The notes below the pieces were generated by a model. The model saw only the letters and a list, made by a program, of their open reading frames with translations. It was not told where the DNA came from and ran no database searches. Shown here piece after piece: positions 19,573-29,127 of a DNA stretch of 64,000 nt (its first letter is position 1; each line of letters opens with the position of its first letter). The DNA comes from Thermoflexales bacterium (GTDB lineage: Bacteria; Chloroflexota; Anaerolineae; J036; Brachytrichaceae). The stretch is from positions 9,632 through 73,631 of the forward strand of contig JANWVJ010000001.1 of assembly GCA_025056895.1 (NCBI GenBank). Reading direction: 5' to 3'. The position numbers were made by a program, and so were the translations under genes.

Positions 19573-20777
19573 AATCGACATCTACCGCCTCGGCGTGGCG
19601 CTCAAACTTCATGGCGCTAATAGCATCCTTGGCCGTTTTGCTGGCCGGCGCAGTCATCTCGGCCGGTTTACAGCTTGGCATGCCAGACGGTCCACCACTG
19701 AGCGCACGCGCCTACGGCGTAACCGGCAGCGTGGCTCTTGCGCGTTGGCATGAAGCACTGGGCTTTCGCGTGCGGCTGATCGAAGGCCGGCCCTTCCAAC
19801 TCCCTGCCGAGGCGCGTCTGTTATATGTGTTGCAGCCAAACACGCGCTATGAGTTTACAGACGACGAGCTGGAGGTGCTGCACGAGTGGGTCGAAGCCGG
19901 CGGCATCCTGGTTCTCGCCGGCGAAGCAACCGTGTCTTACCCCGTCACCCGGCGCGGCCCAACTCAGTACGCTGCGCTGGATGAATCGCCGATTGAGCTG
20001 TTCGGCTTTGAGATGGATATATTCAATACGAGTCTGCTCACAGCAACTTGGACGCAGCCACCGGCAGCACCTTCGCCAGCCCAGCCGTTCCGGTGGCGGC
20101 GTGAGACTGACGAGTACGCCCTTGCTCTCGATCTGCCTGATGACGCTATCATCCACGCCCTGGTCGACGGAGAAGTGATTGCTGCCTCAAGACAGGTCGG
20201 ACGCGGGCGAGTGTTTGTGTTCGCCGGCACATATCCGTTCACCAACGATGGGCTACGCAATGAAGCCAACGCGCAGTTCATTTTGAACCTCACGGCTCTG
20301 GTTCCGCCAAACAGTCTAATCGCCTTCGATGAGTTCCACCATGGGGCGCGGCAGACGCCTTCGTTGCTGGGATGGATGTTCAGCGCGCCGGCCGGATTGG
20401 CCACAGCCCTAGCGCTCGCCCTCATCGGCGCATATATCGCCTGGACAGGTCGGCGCTTTGGCCGGGCTTTCGTTCCGCGCGAATTGCGCATCCACCGCGA
20501 ACCCAGCGAATACGTGCTGGCCTTGGCCAACCTATCGCGGGCTGCCGGCCAACGCAACGCTGCTCTGTTACGCTATCATGCTTGGCTCAAGCGCAAACTG
20601 GCGCGCCCCTATCGCCTCGATCCGTCCATGCCGGATCATCACTTTGTCGCAGCTCTGCAAAGGGTCGGCGCGCCGCTGGACTACGAACGCCTGGCGCGGC
20701 TGCTGAGCGATTTGCAACGGGGCGCATCTTCTGCTGCCCAGTTCGTGCGCCTGGCGCGCGAGGTAGCCGAATTCTGA
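19569..20777 (+). CDS. DUF4350 domain-containing protein
   Basis: N-terminal TM, then LLYVLQPNTRYEFTDDELEVLHEWVEAGGILVLAGE, typical of DUF4350. This family usually partners with DUF4129 in MoxR/DUF58-type clusters. No MoxR or DUF58 gene follows here. Confidence 0.65.
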   Translation: MKSTSTASAWRSNFMALIASLAVLLAGAVISAGLQLGMPDGPPLSARAYGVTGSVALARWHEALGFRVRLIEGRPFQLPAEARLLYVLQPNTRYEFTDDELEVLHEWVEAGGILVLAGEATVSYPVTRRGPTQYAALDESPIELFGFEMDIFNTSLLTATWTQPPAAPSPAQPFRWRRETDEYALALDLPDDAIIHALVDGEVIAASRQVGRGRVFVFAGTYPFTNDGLRNEANAQFILNLTALVPPNSLIAFDEFHHGARQTPSLLGWMFSAPAGLATALALALIGAYIAWTGRRFGRAFVPRELRIHREPSEYVLALANLSRAAGQRNAALLRYHAWLKRKLARPYRLDPSMPDHHFVAALQRVGAPLDYERLARLLSDLQRGASSAAQFVRLAREVAEF

Positions 20778-20788
20778 ATGCACCTACT

Positions 20789-22495
20789 TTACGCGCGCGG
20801 CAAGCCCCAGATCATCTCGCGGGCGACCGACGCTACGTCTGCGTCTGTTGAGATCGAAAGGCTCTCCTTGTCCGCTCGACGCTTCACTTCGATCTGGCCG
20901 GCCTTCAGCGCACGCTCGCCAACGGTGATGCGCAGCGGCAATCCAATCAGGTCGGCATCATTGAACTTGACGCCGGGCCGCTCATCGCGGTCATCCCATA
21001 CGGTTTCGATGCCGGCTGCCCAGAGCGCACGATAAAGCTGCTCGGCCTTCTCCTCGACGCTGCCATCTGCGCTGCGCAGCGAAACCAGGTGAACATGATA
21101 GGGCGCGACCGATGCCGGCCACTTCAAGCCGTATTCATCATGGTGCGCTTCGGCAATGCAAGCCAGCAATCTTCCCACTTCAATCCGGTACGAACCCATA
21201 AAGATCGGCCTGGACCTGCCGTCCTTGTCAAGCACCGTCGCTCCGATTGCTTGGCTGTAGCGGGCACCCAGCTTACTGACGCAGCCGACCGGCACACCAC
21301 GCTCAACTTGCAGCGGTGCGCCGCATTCCGGGCAGGCATCGCCGGCTTGGGCAGCGGCAATGTCACACACCATCGCTGCCTGGTAATCGCGGCCATAGTT
21401 CACATTGAGGAGGTGATAGCCGGCCTCGTTTGCTCCGGCGACCAAGTTGGGCGAAAGGGGAATGGCGTCATCGACCACGACATAGGCTCCATCAACACCG
21501 ACCGGCGATCCATAGCCCGGCTCGGCGCCGATGGCGCGGATTTCATCCACGCTGGCCGGGCGGAGCGCGCGCGCGCCAACTGCGGCAGCCAGTTTCGTCT
21601 CGCTGATCTCCATGTCGCCGCGTACAACCGCAAACACAAAGAACTCATGCGCATCCGGCTGAAGGGGTGCGACATTGGGCGGTAATGCGCCGGCTGGGTC
21701 GGCCACCAAGAACACCGCTTTGGCCGTCTTCGACTTTGGAATCCGCAGAAAGGCAGCTAGCGCCTCGATGGTTGTTGCGCCTGGGGTAGCCACTTTCTGG
21801 ATCGGCAACACCAAGTGGGCGGGGTCAGCAGGCGGCTTGCGAAAGCGCGCCGTTTGTTGGTCTGCTATGTAGCCACAAGCGCCACACAACAGCAGTACGT
21901 TTTCGCCAATCGGATTCAGAAACACGTACTCACGGGTCACTGTTTCACCCATCGCGCCGGCATCCGAGACGGCCATCACAACCGACAAGCCGCATCGCTC
22001 GAAGATACGCGCGTAAGCCCGGCAATGGGCATCATACTGGCGATTCAAACCCTCTTCATCGGCGTCGAAGGAGTAACTGCTGAGCAGGGTGAACTCACGT
22101 GTGTACATCAAGCCGGCGCGTGGGCGTGGATCATCACGCCATTTGAGCCGGATGTGGTACAGCAGTTGCGGCAACTGACGATAGGAGCGAACTTCTCTGC
22201 GGGCGAGATCGATGGCAGCCTCTTCATCGGTCACGGCCCGACTCATATCCCGGTCAGACGTGTCCTTCGGCTGGGCAATCGGCAGCGTGATTTCTTGTCC
22301 GCCGATCGCGTTCATCTCTTCGCGCACCACCGCTTCGATCTTGTTCAGAGCACGCCGGCCAAGCGGCAAATAACCGATGTTTCCGGCAAACATAGATCGG
22401 ATGTAACCGGCGCGCAGCAACAGACGATAGCCGGCTGCTTCGGCGTCGGCCGGCGCTTCGCGCAAGGTTTGGCCAAACGATTTAGACAAACGCAT
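20789..22495 (-). CDS. proS: Proline--tRNA ligase (bacterial type with editing domain)
   Basis: MRLSKSFGQTLREAPADAEAAGYRLLLRAGYIR. Class II motifs in REFTLLSSYSFD and GCVSKLGARY. About 570 aa, consistent with an INS editing domain. Confidence 0.9.
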   Translation of the reverse strand: MRLSKSFGQTLREAPADAEAAGYRLLLRAGYIRSMFAGNIGYLPLGRRALNKIEAVVREEMNAIGGQEITLPIAQPKDTSDRDMSRAVTDEEAAIDLARREVRSYRQLPQLLYHIRLKWRDDPRPRAGLMYTREFTLLSSYSFDADEEGLNRQYDAHCRAYARIFERCGLSVVMAVSDAGAMGETVTREYVFLNPIGENVLLLCGACGYIADQQTARFRKPPADPAHLVLPIQKVATPGATTIEALAAFLRIPKSKTAKAVFLVADPAGALPPNVAPLQPDAHEFFVFAVVRGDMEISETKLAAAVGARALRPASVDEIRAIGAEPGYGSPVGVDGAYVVVDDAIPLSPNLVAGANEAGYHLLNVNYGRDYQAAMVCDIAAAQAGDACPECGAPLQVERGVPVGCVSKLGARYSQAIGATVLDKDGRSRPIFMGSYRIEVGRLLACIAEAHHDEYGLKWPASVAPYHVHLVSLRSADGSVEEKAEQLYRALWAAGIETVWDDRDERPGVKFNDADLIGLPLRITVGERALKAGQIEVKRRADKESLSISTDADVASVAREMIWGLPRA

Positions 22496-22517
22496 GATTC
22501 ACAATCGCAAAAGCAAG

Positions 22518-23570
22518 CTAGATGTCTTGAATGATGCGATGAATCGAATCCGGCCGGCCAACGACGGCGATGGCATCCTGCGCAGCCAGCCGGCGATCGG
22601 GAGCGGGATGGAAATCAAACTCGTCGCCTCGCCGCCAGAACACGATGCTTAGGTCGTAGCGCTGTTCTAGCTCGGTAATCGATTTGCCGAGAAGCACCGA
22701 GTGGCTACCCAGGCGCATCTGAGCAAAGCTGAGCGGCTGGCCTTCGACTGTGATCGGTCGCGTCACGTCCACGCCGACGGCGGCAGCGGCAAAAGCGGGC
22801 GCGGCCATGCTGGTTGCGCTGAGCGCCCGAAAATTGAACTGGTTTTGCAGGGCTTCGGCAAAATCATCATCAAAGATGCGCACAATCACTTGGATGGCCG
22901 GATTCATGCTGCGCGCTTTCAATGCAATTTGCAAATTGAGCGCGTCGTTTTGCGGACACAACACAATTGTTCGCGCGCGCGGCACGCCGGCTGCTCGCAA
23001 CGCCGCCTCACGCCGCGCATCATCGTGCAGAATGGTCACACCCATATTCCGCACCGTTGTCACCAGATCGGCGTCAGGATTCAGCTCGATCACCACCACA
23101 TCCTGGTTCATCTCGCGCAACTGTTTCATGACGCGATAGCCCAGATGCCCAAGGCCAACCAGTACGACGTGACCGCTGTACGTTGAAGCAACTGCCATTT
23201 CCCACTCCCTGCTGCGCGCACGCCGGTTAAACAGCGCGACACCAAAATCGGCTAAGCCCTGCGCCAGTGCACCCAGGCCAAGCACAGGCAGCGCAAAATA
23301 AAAGACTTGCAGATACCACACGCGCGGAAACTCGCCGGGCGACTGGAGGAAAACCAGCGACAACGCTAGATAAACCGCCTCAGCCACTGAGTCAACCGGC
23401 TCACCTGCTTGAATCGACAAGATGTAATAGGCCGCTCCGCCGCCCACAACGACTAGTACAAAAAAGGCCAACGGCGCGCCAAACTGACGTAACAACAAAG
23501 CCGTGTCGCGCCAACTGGCGCGCCACTGCCGCCAAATCAAGATCAGTCTTGAGTGCTTACTTGCTCGCAT
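22518..23570 (-). CDS. Two-TM pore-type membrane protein with cytoplasmic RCK (TrkA-N/TrkA-C) domains
   Basis: N-terminal TM-pore-TM region. Rossmann motif VVLVGLGHLGYRV (TrkA-N). C-terminal TrkA-C-like SITELEQRYDLSIVFWRR. The pore region reads FLQSPGEFP, with no canonical TVGYG filter. Confidence 0.65.
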   Translation of the reverse strand: MRASKHSRLILIWRQWRASWRDTALLLRQFGAPLAFFVLVVVGGGAAYYILSIQAGEPVDSVAEAVYLALSLVFLQSPGEFPRVWYLQVFYFALPVLGLGALAQGLADFGVALFNRRARSREWEMAVASTYSGHVVLVGLGHLGYRVMKQLREMNQDVVVIELNPDADLVTTVRNMGVTILHDDARREAALRAAGVPRARTIVLCPQNDALNLQIALKARSMNPAIQVIVRIFDDDFAEALQNQFNFRALSATSMAAPAFAAAAVGVDVTRPITVEGQPLSFAQMRLGSHSVLLGKSITELEQRYDLSIVFWRRGDEFDFHPAPDRRLAAQDAIAVVGRPDSIHRIIQDI

Positions 23571-23677
23571 AGTCCGCGCATCAGCCCCTGAGTGTACGCC
23601 GATTGGCAGAAGCCGTTTATGGTGTTGCCCTCACTGCGTTGCCAACAAGAGGCAGAGGACATCTCAACGGTGTAGCG

Positions 23678-23686
23678 TGCTAGAAT
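23678..23686 (+). promoter_or_regulatory. Extended -10-like element TGcTAGAAT for the pyrB leader
   Basis: TGCTAGAAT lies in the divergent spacer. AGGACA sits 19 nt upstream as a weak -35. Confidence 0.4.
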
Positions 23687-23695
23687 CCGCCCTCG

Positions 23696-23809
23696 ATGAT
23701 GCGCCGGAATGTCGATTTGTGGCGAACCGGCCACACTCTATCACGCACCCTGCTTAATTTGACAGCAGCCATCAGGCCTTTGGAGTTTCCCAAAGGCCTT
23801 TTCTTTTAA
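23696..23809 (+). CDS. Candidate 37-codon leader ORF that reads through the pyrB attenuator hairpin
   Basis: ATGATG at 23696 begins MMRRNVDLWRTGHTLSRTLLNLTAAIRPLEFPKGLFF. The TAA stop at 23807-23809 lies inside the terminator T-tract. There is no Shine-Dalgarno sequence. The ATG is 9 nt past the -10, so the mRNA would be leaderless or nearly so. Confidence 0.3.
   Translation: MMRRNVDLWRTGHTLSRTLLNLTAAIRPLEFPKGLFF
23774..23807 (+). terminator. Intrinsic terminator (attenuator) 15 nt upstream of the pyrB start
   Basis: AGGCCTTTGG / CCAAAGGCCT form a 10-bp perfect stem with a 6-nt loop, followed by TTTCTTTT. No upstream same-strand gene exists for it to terminate, because the upstream gene is divergent. 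Confidence 0.7.
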
Positions 23810-23821
23810 ACGGAGCATGTC

Positions 23822-24757
23822 ATGACTCACTCACTCAAAGGCCGTGATCTGATCAGTATTGCCGATCTCAGCAAACCGGAAATCCAGGACGTTTTGACCC
23901 AAGCTGCTCAATTCGAGCAACGCCTGGCCCGAGGGGAGACGATGCACTTGTGCGAAGGCCGCATTCTTGCCACGGTTTTTTACGAGCCGAGTACACGCAC
24001 CCGTTTGTCGTTTGAGAGCGCAATGCATCGGCTTGGCGGGCGCATCATCAGCGTGGCCGAAGCCAGAACCAGCAGCAGCGCTGCAAAAGGGGAAACCATC
24101 GAAGATTCGGCGCGCATGTTGGCTGCCTATGCCGATGTGATTGTGCAGCGCCATCCGGCAGTCGGTTCGGCGCGCGCCCTGGCCGACGCGGCCGATGTAC
24201 CGGTCATCAACGCCGGCGACGGCACAGGTGAACATCCCACTCAGGCGCTGCTGGATCTATACACCATCGAGCGTGAGAAGGGCGGGCTGGATGGCCTACA
24301 GATAGCGATGGTGGGCGATTTGAAGAACGGACGCACGGTGCACTCACTTGCCAAAGCGTTGGCCCATTGGCGCGTGACCTTGGACTTTGTCTCGCCTCCA
24401 GAGCTGGCGATGCCGGCTCGGTTGGTGGATGAGTTGCAAGAGCAAGGCGTTCGGGTGCATCAGACCGACGATATGCAAGCTGCCTTGGCAGAGGCCGATG
24501 TGGCCTACATCACGCGCATCCAGCAAGAACGCTTCGTTTCTCCGGATGAGTACCTGAGATACAAAGGTGTGTACGTCATCACCGCCGAGGTCGTGCGCCA
24601 GGCTAAGCCGGGCATCGTGGTGCTTCACCCTCTGCCGCGCGTGGACGAGATCGCCACCGATGTGGATGCGCTGCCGAACGCAGCCTATTTTCGTCAGGCG
24701 CGCAACGGCGTGTATGTCCGCATGGCACTGTTGGCCATGGTGCTGGGCGCGGTGTAG
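23822..24757 (+). CDS. pyrB: Aspartate carbamoyltransferase catalytic subunit
   Basis: FYEPSTRTRLSFE, HPTQALLD and VLHPLPRVDEI motifs. GGAG lies 6 nt upstream of the ATG. Confidence 0.9.
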   Translation: MTHSLKGRDLISIADLSKPEIQDVLTQAAQFEQRLARGETMHLCEGRILATVFYEPSTRTRLSFESAMHRLGGRIISVAEARTSSSAAKGETIEDSARMLAAYADVIVQRHPAVGSARALADAADVPVINAGDGTGEHPTQALLDLYTIEREKGGLDGLQIAMVGDLKNGRTVHSLAKALAHWRVTLDFVSPPELAMPARLVDELQEQGVRVHQTDDMQAALAEADVAYITRIQQERFVSPDEYLRYKGVYVITAEVVRQAKPGIVVLHPLPRVDEIATDVDALPNAAYFRQARNGVYVRMALLAMVLGAV

Positions 24758-24771
24758 TTGTAGTCGAAGAG

Positions 24772-25206
24772 TTACTCACTTAACAGGTCAAGCAGGGCGT
24801 TTAACCCAAGCATGTAGCTGCGCCAGCCGAAGCCGGCGATCGTGCCGGCGCACACCGGCGAGATGTACGAGTGGTGGCGAAACGGCTCGCGGGCGTAAAT
24901 GTTCGAGAGGTGTACTTCTACTGTCGGCAGACCGACGGCGCTAATCGCATCGCGCAGGGCCACGCTGGTATGCGTGTAGCCGCCCGGATTAATCAGAATG
25001 CCATCGGCTTGCCCTCGTGCGGATTGAACTTCGTCGATCAGCACCCCCTCATGATTTGACTGAACAATCTTGAGGGTCGCGCTGCGCTGACCGGCCAAGG
25101 CGCGCAGCCGTGCGTTAATCTCGTCTAGCGTAACGCGGCCGTAGAGCGCCGGCTCGCGCAGCCCGAGCAAATTCAGATTCGGCCCGTGCAAAATCAGAAT
25201 ATGCAT
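24772..25206 (-). CDS. aroQ: Type II 3-dehydroquinate dehydratase
   Basis: [47 protein letters not shown]. Confidence 0.9.
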   Translation of the reverse strand: MHILILHGPNLNLLGLREPALYGRVTLDEINARLRALAGQRSATLKIVQSNHEGVLIDEVQSARGQADGILINPGGYTHTSVALRDAISAVGLPTVEVHLSNIYAREPFRHHSYISPVCAGTIAGFGWRSYMLGLNALLDLLSE

Positions 25207-25216
25207 CGCGTTCTCC

Positions 25217-26839
25217 TCAGGGACTCGCTTGCTTCAGCGAGGCCAGCGCAGCTTTTGCTGCCCGCTCGTCCACACTGTCGGTGATCAACGCATCACCCGG
25301 CGCCCGCAGCAAGGCAAAACGCAAACGCTTACCGCGCTTCTTTTTGTCTGTTTGCATCAATTCCCACACAGCCTCGGCCTCGATGGCCGGCAGGCTTGTC
25401 GGCAAGCCGGCCCGTTGCAGCACCACAGTGACCGCATCCGTCAAGGCCGGGTCGCATAAGCCGATCGCTCGTGCCAACCGCATTGCGCACACCATGCCCA
25501 AGGCAACCGCTTGGCCGTGCTTGATGGTGAAACGACTCCATGCCTCGATGCCGTGGCCAAATGTGTGGCCCAAGTTCAGCAAAGCGCGCCGGCCCCGTTC
25601 AAACGGGTCTTCTTCCACGACCTCACGTTTGAGCAGAATGGCATCGAGCAACGTCTGTCTCAGGCCGATGCGCAGATCGGGATGCACTGCCAAACGCCAA
25701 TCCTCTGGATTCAACTGTTGAACCCGCTCCCAGGCAGCTCCGCCGCGCAGCAAAGCCGCTTTGACGATCTCAGCATAGCCACACTGCAATTCGTCAACCG
25801 GCAGCGAATTCAGCAAGTCCAGATCAATGAACACACCGTCGGGCTGTTTGAAGGCTCCGACCAGATTCTTGCCGAACGGCAAATCCACGCCCACCTTGCC
25901 GCCGATGCTTGAATCGGCCATTGCTAACAGAGACGTGGGAACCTGTACAAATCCAATCCCGCGCATATACGTAGCCGCTGCAAAGCCGGCCACATCGCCC
26001 ACGACACCGCCGCCCAGGGCAATCACGGCGCTATTGCGCTCCAGCCCGCCAGCGGCAAACGCTTGATACATGTCTTCAACCGTGCGCAACGTTTTGTGCG
26101 ATTCGCCGGCCGGCATCAGATACACGAAGCTATCCAGGCCGGCGCGGCGCAGGGCATGTTGCACCCGCTCGGCGTATAGCGCTCCCACAATATGATCTGA
26201 TACGATCGCCAGGGGACTGGCCCAACCCCGGCCGGCCAGGGCAAACCCAAGCTGATCGATCAGCCGTTCACCGATCACGATGTCGTAGCGGCCCGCAGGA
26301 TGGCGCACTGCGATCCGCTCGTGCTCTGCATGATAAATGTCAAGCGCCAATTGCGCGGCCTCTTCAACCGTGCGATGCGTGGTGTCGAGGTGATAGTGCA
26401 GCTCGGCGTAGGCTGGCGCGCGTTGCTCGAGCAGATGAGCCACTCGTTGATGGATGTTTTCGCCCGGCCGCTCAACTCGCAACATCGGGCGCGTCGAAGC
26501 GTCCACCCGACGCAAAATCGCCTCTGGCGAAGCCGTCAGACAAACAACGACCCCGGATTGCAACAGAGCTGCGCGGTTGGTTGGATTGACGACCGTCCCG
26601 CCGCCGGTCGCGACGACAATGTGCGTGCGAGTCGCCAATTCGTTTACCAGGGCCACCTCCAAGGCGCGGAAGTGCGCCTCGCCGTATTGGTCGAAGAGTT
26701 GGGGAATCGTCAGACCGGCGCGTCGCTCGATCTCGGCGTCGGTGTCGATAAAGTGATATCCCAGTCGGCGGGCAGCCAACTGACCGATCGTGGTTTTGCC
26801 GGCCCCCATGAAGCCGGCCAAGATCAACGGTTTGCTCAT
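25217..26839 (-). CDS. aroKB: Bifunctional shikimate kinase / 3-dehydroquinate synthase (AroK-AroB fusion)
   Basis: N-terminal P-loop [14 protein letters not shown] (AroK). C-terminal [44 protein letters not shown] and [11 protein letters not shown] (AroB). Confidence 0.9.
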   Translation of the reverse strand: MSKPLILAGFMGAGKTTIGQLAARRLGYHFIDTDAEIERRAGLTIPQLFDQYGEAHFRALEVALVNELATRTHIVVATGGGTVVNPTNRAALLQSGVVVCLTASPEAILRRVDASTRPMLRVERPGENIHQRVAHLLEQRAPAYAELHYHLDTTHRTVEEAAQLALDIYHAEHERIAVRHPAGRYDIVIGERLIDQLGFALAGRGWASPLAIVSDHIVGALYAERVQHALRRAGLDSFVYLMPAGESHKTLRTVEDMYQAFAAGGLERNSAVIALGGGVVGDVAGFAAATYMRGIGFVQVPTSLLAMADSSIGGKVGVDLPFGKNLVGAFKQPDGVFIDLDLLNSLPVDELQCGYAEIVKAALLRGGAAWERVQQLNPEDWRLAVHPDLRIGLRQTLLDAILLKREVVEEDPFERGRRALLNLGHTFGHGIEAWSRFTIKHGQAVALGMVCAMRLARAIGLCDPALTDAVTVVLQRAGLPTSLPAIEAEAVWELMQTDKKKRGKRLRFALLRAPGDALITDSVDERAAKAALASLKQASP

Positions 26840-26893
26840 GCTCGTGTTCTATGTTGCCGGCCTGGGCCGGCACAGTGCGTTGAGGGTATTCAC

Positions 26894-28081
26894 TCACTCG
26901 TAGCCGAACCGCCATGCGGTGTTGTCCATCGGCAGGTCATCCAATCGCAGCCGGCGCAATGCCTCAAAGCGCGGGCGCATTTCATCAATTGAATCGCCGC
27001 CCAGCTTTTCGAGCAAGGCGTCGGCCAACACAATGCACACCATCGCTTCGACAATCGGCACGGCGCGCGGGACTTGGCAGAAGTCGCTGCGCTCATATTG
27101 CGTCAGCGCCGGCGCGCCGGCTGCTAAGTCCACCGAACGCAGCGGGTTCAGGGTGGTGGCAATTGGTTTGAGCGCCGCACGCACAACGATCGGCGCGCCG
27201 TTTGTAATCCCACCTTCCAGCCCACCGGCGTGATTGCTGATCGGACGAATCACGCCGTCTTCGAGAACCAATTGATCTTGCACCTGCGTGCCGGGGCGCA
27301 GCGTCTCGGCGAAGCCATCGCCGATTTCCACCCCTTTGACGGCGTGAATGCTCATCACAGCAGCGGCGATGCGCGCAGAGAGCCGACGATCCCAGTGTAC
27401 ATGGCTGCCCAGGCCGGGCGGCACATTCAGGGCCACGCATTCGATCACACCGCCGAGCGTGTCCTTGGCCTGCATGATCTGACGAATGGCCTCACGCATG
27501 TGTTCGGCTGCATGCGGGTCATAGCAGCGCACATCCGACATTTCGGCTGCTTGGAAGCGCGCCAGATAGTCTGTGTTGCTCGGCATGTGAGCGACATCGC
27601 CGGTCAGGGCGACATCGCCGATGCGCACCACGTACCCGCCGACGACGACACCGAATTCCCTGAGCAGTTTGCGACAGGCTGCACCGACAGCCACGCGCAT
27701 CGTTGTCTCACGGGCAGAGGCGCGCTCTAAGGCCAGGCGCAACTCGCGATAGCCGTATTTCACCGCGCCGGTCAAGTCAGCATGGCCGGGGCGCGGAATG
27801 GTCATCGGCGAAATGTCACGATCGTGCCACTTAGCATGGTCGAGATTCTCAACCACGAAGGCGATCGGCCCACCAGTGGTTTTGCCGGCCATCACGCCGG
27901 CAGTAATGCGCGCATGATCGCGCTCGATTTTCATCCGTCCCCCGCTGCCGTAGCCCTGTTGCCGACGGGCCAGATCGGCGTCGATATCAGCAGAGGAGAG
28001 CGGCAAGCCGGCCGGCATGCCTTCGAGAATCGCTGTCAAGGACGGCCCATGGGATTCGCCGGCAGTGAGAAATCGAATCAT
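26894..28081 (-). CDS. aroC: Chorismate synthase
   Basis: MIRFLTAGESHGP start motif at the internal Met (28081). RPGHAD, SARETTMRVA and GGLEGGITNG. Confidence 0.9.
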   Translation of the reverse strand: MIRFLTAGESHGPSLTAILEGMPAGLPLSSADIDADLARRQQGYGSGGRMKIERDHARITAGVMAGKTTGGPIAFVVENLDHAKWHDRDISPMTIPRPGHADLTGAVKYGYRELRLALERASARETTMRVAVGAACRKLLREFGVVVGGYVVRIGDVALTGDVAHMPSNTDYLARFQAAEMSDVRCYDPHAAEHMREAIRQIMQAKDTLGGVIECVALNVPPGLGSHVHWDRRLSARIAAAVMSIHAVKGVEIGDGFAETLRPGTQVQDQLVLEDGVIRPISNHAGGLEGGITNGAPIVVRAALKPIATTLNPLRSVDLAAGAPALTQYERSDFCQVPRAVPIVEAMVCIVLADALLEKLGGDSIDEMRPRFEALRRLRLDDLPMDNTAWRFGYE

Positions 28082-28218
28082 GGCTGTGTTTGTGTCATCG
28101 TAATCGTGTGTAAGGGTGTGAATGAACTGTTGAGCGACGTAACAAGCTGCCAAAACGGCTCAAGGATGCCATCGTTCACCTCAAGCCGGAGGCGCGCCAC
28201 GGTATGTCGCGCACATTG

Positions 28219-29127
28219 TTAGGTCAGCCGATCCAGCGCGCGACGCATGATGTCTGCGACCTCCTGGATGGACAGCGGCACTGTCATGCCGGCCGTCCAC
28301 AAAGCAAATGCAGCCGCCCCTTGCTCGGCCAACATCCCGATACCGCCGATGACGCGCAGGCCGGCTGCCTGCGCTTCGCGCATCAGGCGCGTGATGCGCG
28401 GCTTATACACCAAGTCATACAAAACGGCGTCGGCGGGGAACGGCGCATCGGCCGGCCAGGGCGTTGTATCCGAGTGCGGGTCCATGCCGGCTGATGTGCA
28501 GTTCACAATCAAGCGCACGTCGTGAGCAGCGCGCAAGAGGGCGTTCCCGTTTAACGGCAACGGCGTCAACTCGGCGCGTGGGAAGACAGCGCGCATATCC
28601 TCAACCAGTTGGCGCGCGCGCCCGGCATCTCGATTTGCCACCCGCACGCTCCAGCCGCTGTGCGCCAGGGCGTACACCACGCCACGCGCCGAACCGCCGG
28701 CTCCCAGCACCAACGCTGCTGCCTGGGCCTGCCTTGCCGCCTCGATCTCAATTCCATGCCGACGCAGGTCATTTAGAAAGCCAACCCAGTCGGTGTTGTC
28801 GCCGATCAAGCGCATTGGGCGCGGCGAAGCAGCCTGTTGTGAGGCGGAATCGACCTTGACAATCGTGTTCACCGCGCCAATGGCCTCGGCGTGCGGGCCG
28901 ATTTCATCCAGAAATGGCATGACGTTAACTTTGTGCGGCACGGTCACGTTGGCGCCGACGATGCTATCGTCGGCGCGGATGCGCCACACGCACTCGGCCA
29001 GTTCTTCGAGCGGTGTATGCCACAGTTCATACTGCCAATCCAAGCCGGCGGCGATAAACGCAGCACGTTGCATGGCCGGCGAGGCGCTGTGCGCCACCGG
29101 AAAGCCGATCAAGCCCACGCGCTTCAC
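28219..29127 (-). CDS. aroE: Shikimate dehydrogenase
   Basis: GLIGFPVAHSASPAMQ, NVTVPHK, NTDWVGF and LGAGGSARG. A start at GTG 29127 makes a GTGA overlap with the aroA stop. The ORF-track start at 29193 would overlap aroA by 70 nt. Confidence 0.8.
   Translation of the reverse strand: MKRVGLIGFPVAHSASPAMQRAAFIAAGLDWQYELWHTPLEELAECVWRIRADDSIVGANVTVPHKVNVMPFLDEIGPHAEAIGAVNTIVKVDSASQQAASPRPMRLIGDNTDWVGFLNDLRRHGIEIEAARQAQAAALVLGAGGSARGVVYALAHSGWSVRVANRDAGRARQLVEDMRAVFPRAELTPLPLNGNALLRAAHDVRLIVNCTSAGMDPHSDTTPWPADAPFPADAVLYDLVYKPRITRLMREAQAAGLRVIGGIGMLAEQGAAAFALWTAGMTVPLSIQEVADIMRRALDRLT

Noticed and set aside
18701-22495. tRNA-Pro(UGG) lying 2 kb from proS as a possible functional linkage
   Set aside because: The two are separated by two unrelated genes on the opposite strand and by separate promoters. 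The co-location is probably coincidental.
23690-23810. PyrR-binding anti-antiterminator in the pyrB leader
   Set aside because: I found no UCCAGAGAGG-type loop and no obvious alternative helix competing with the terminator. A covariance-model search is still needed to exclude it formally.
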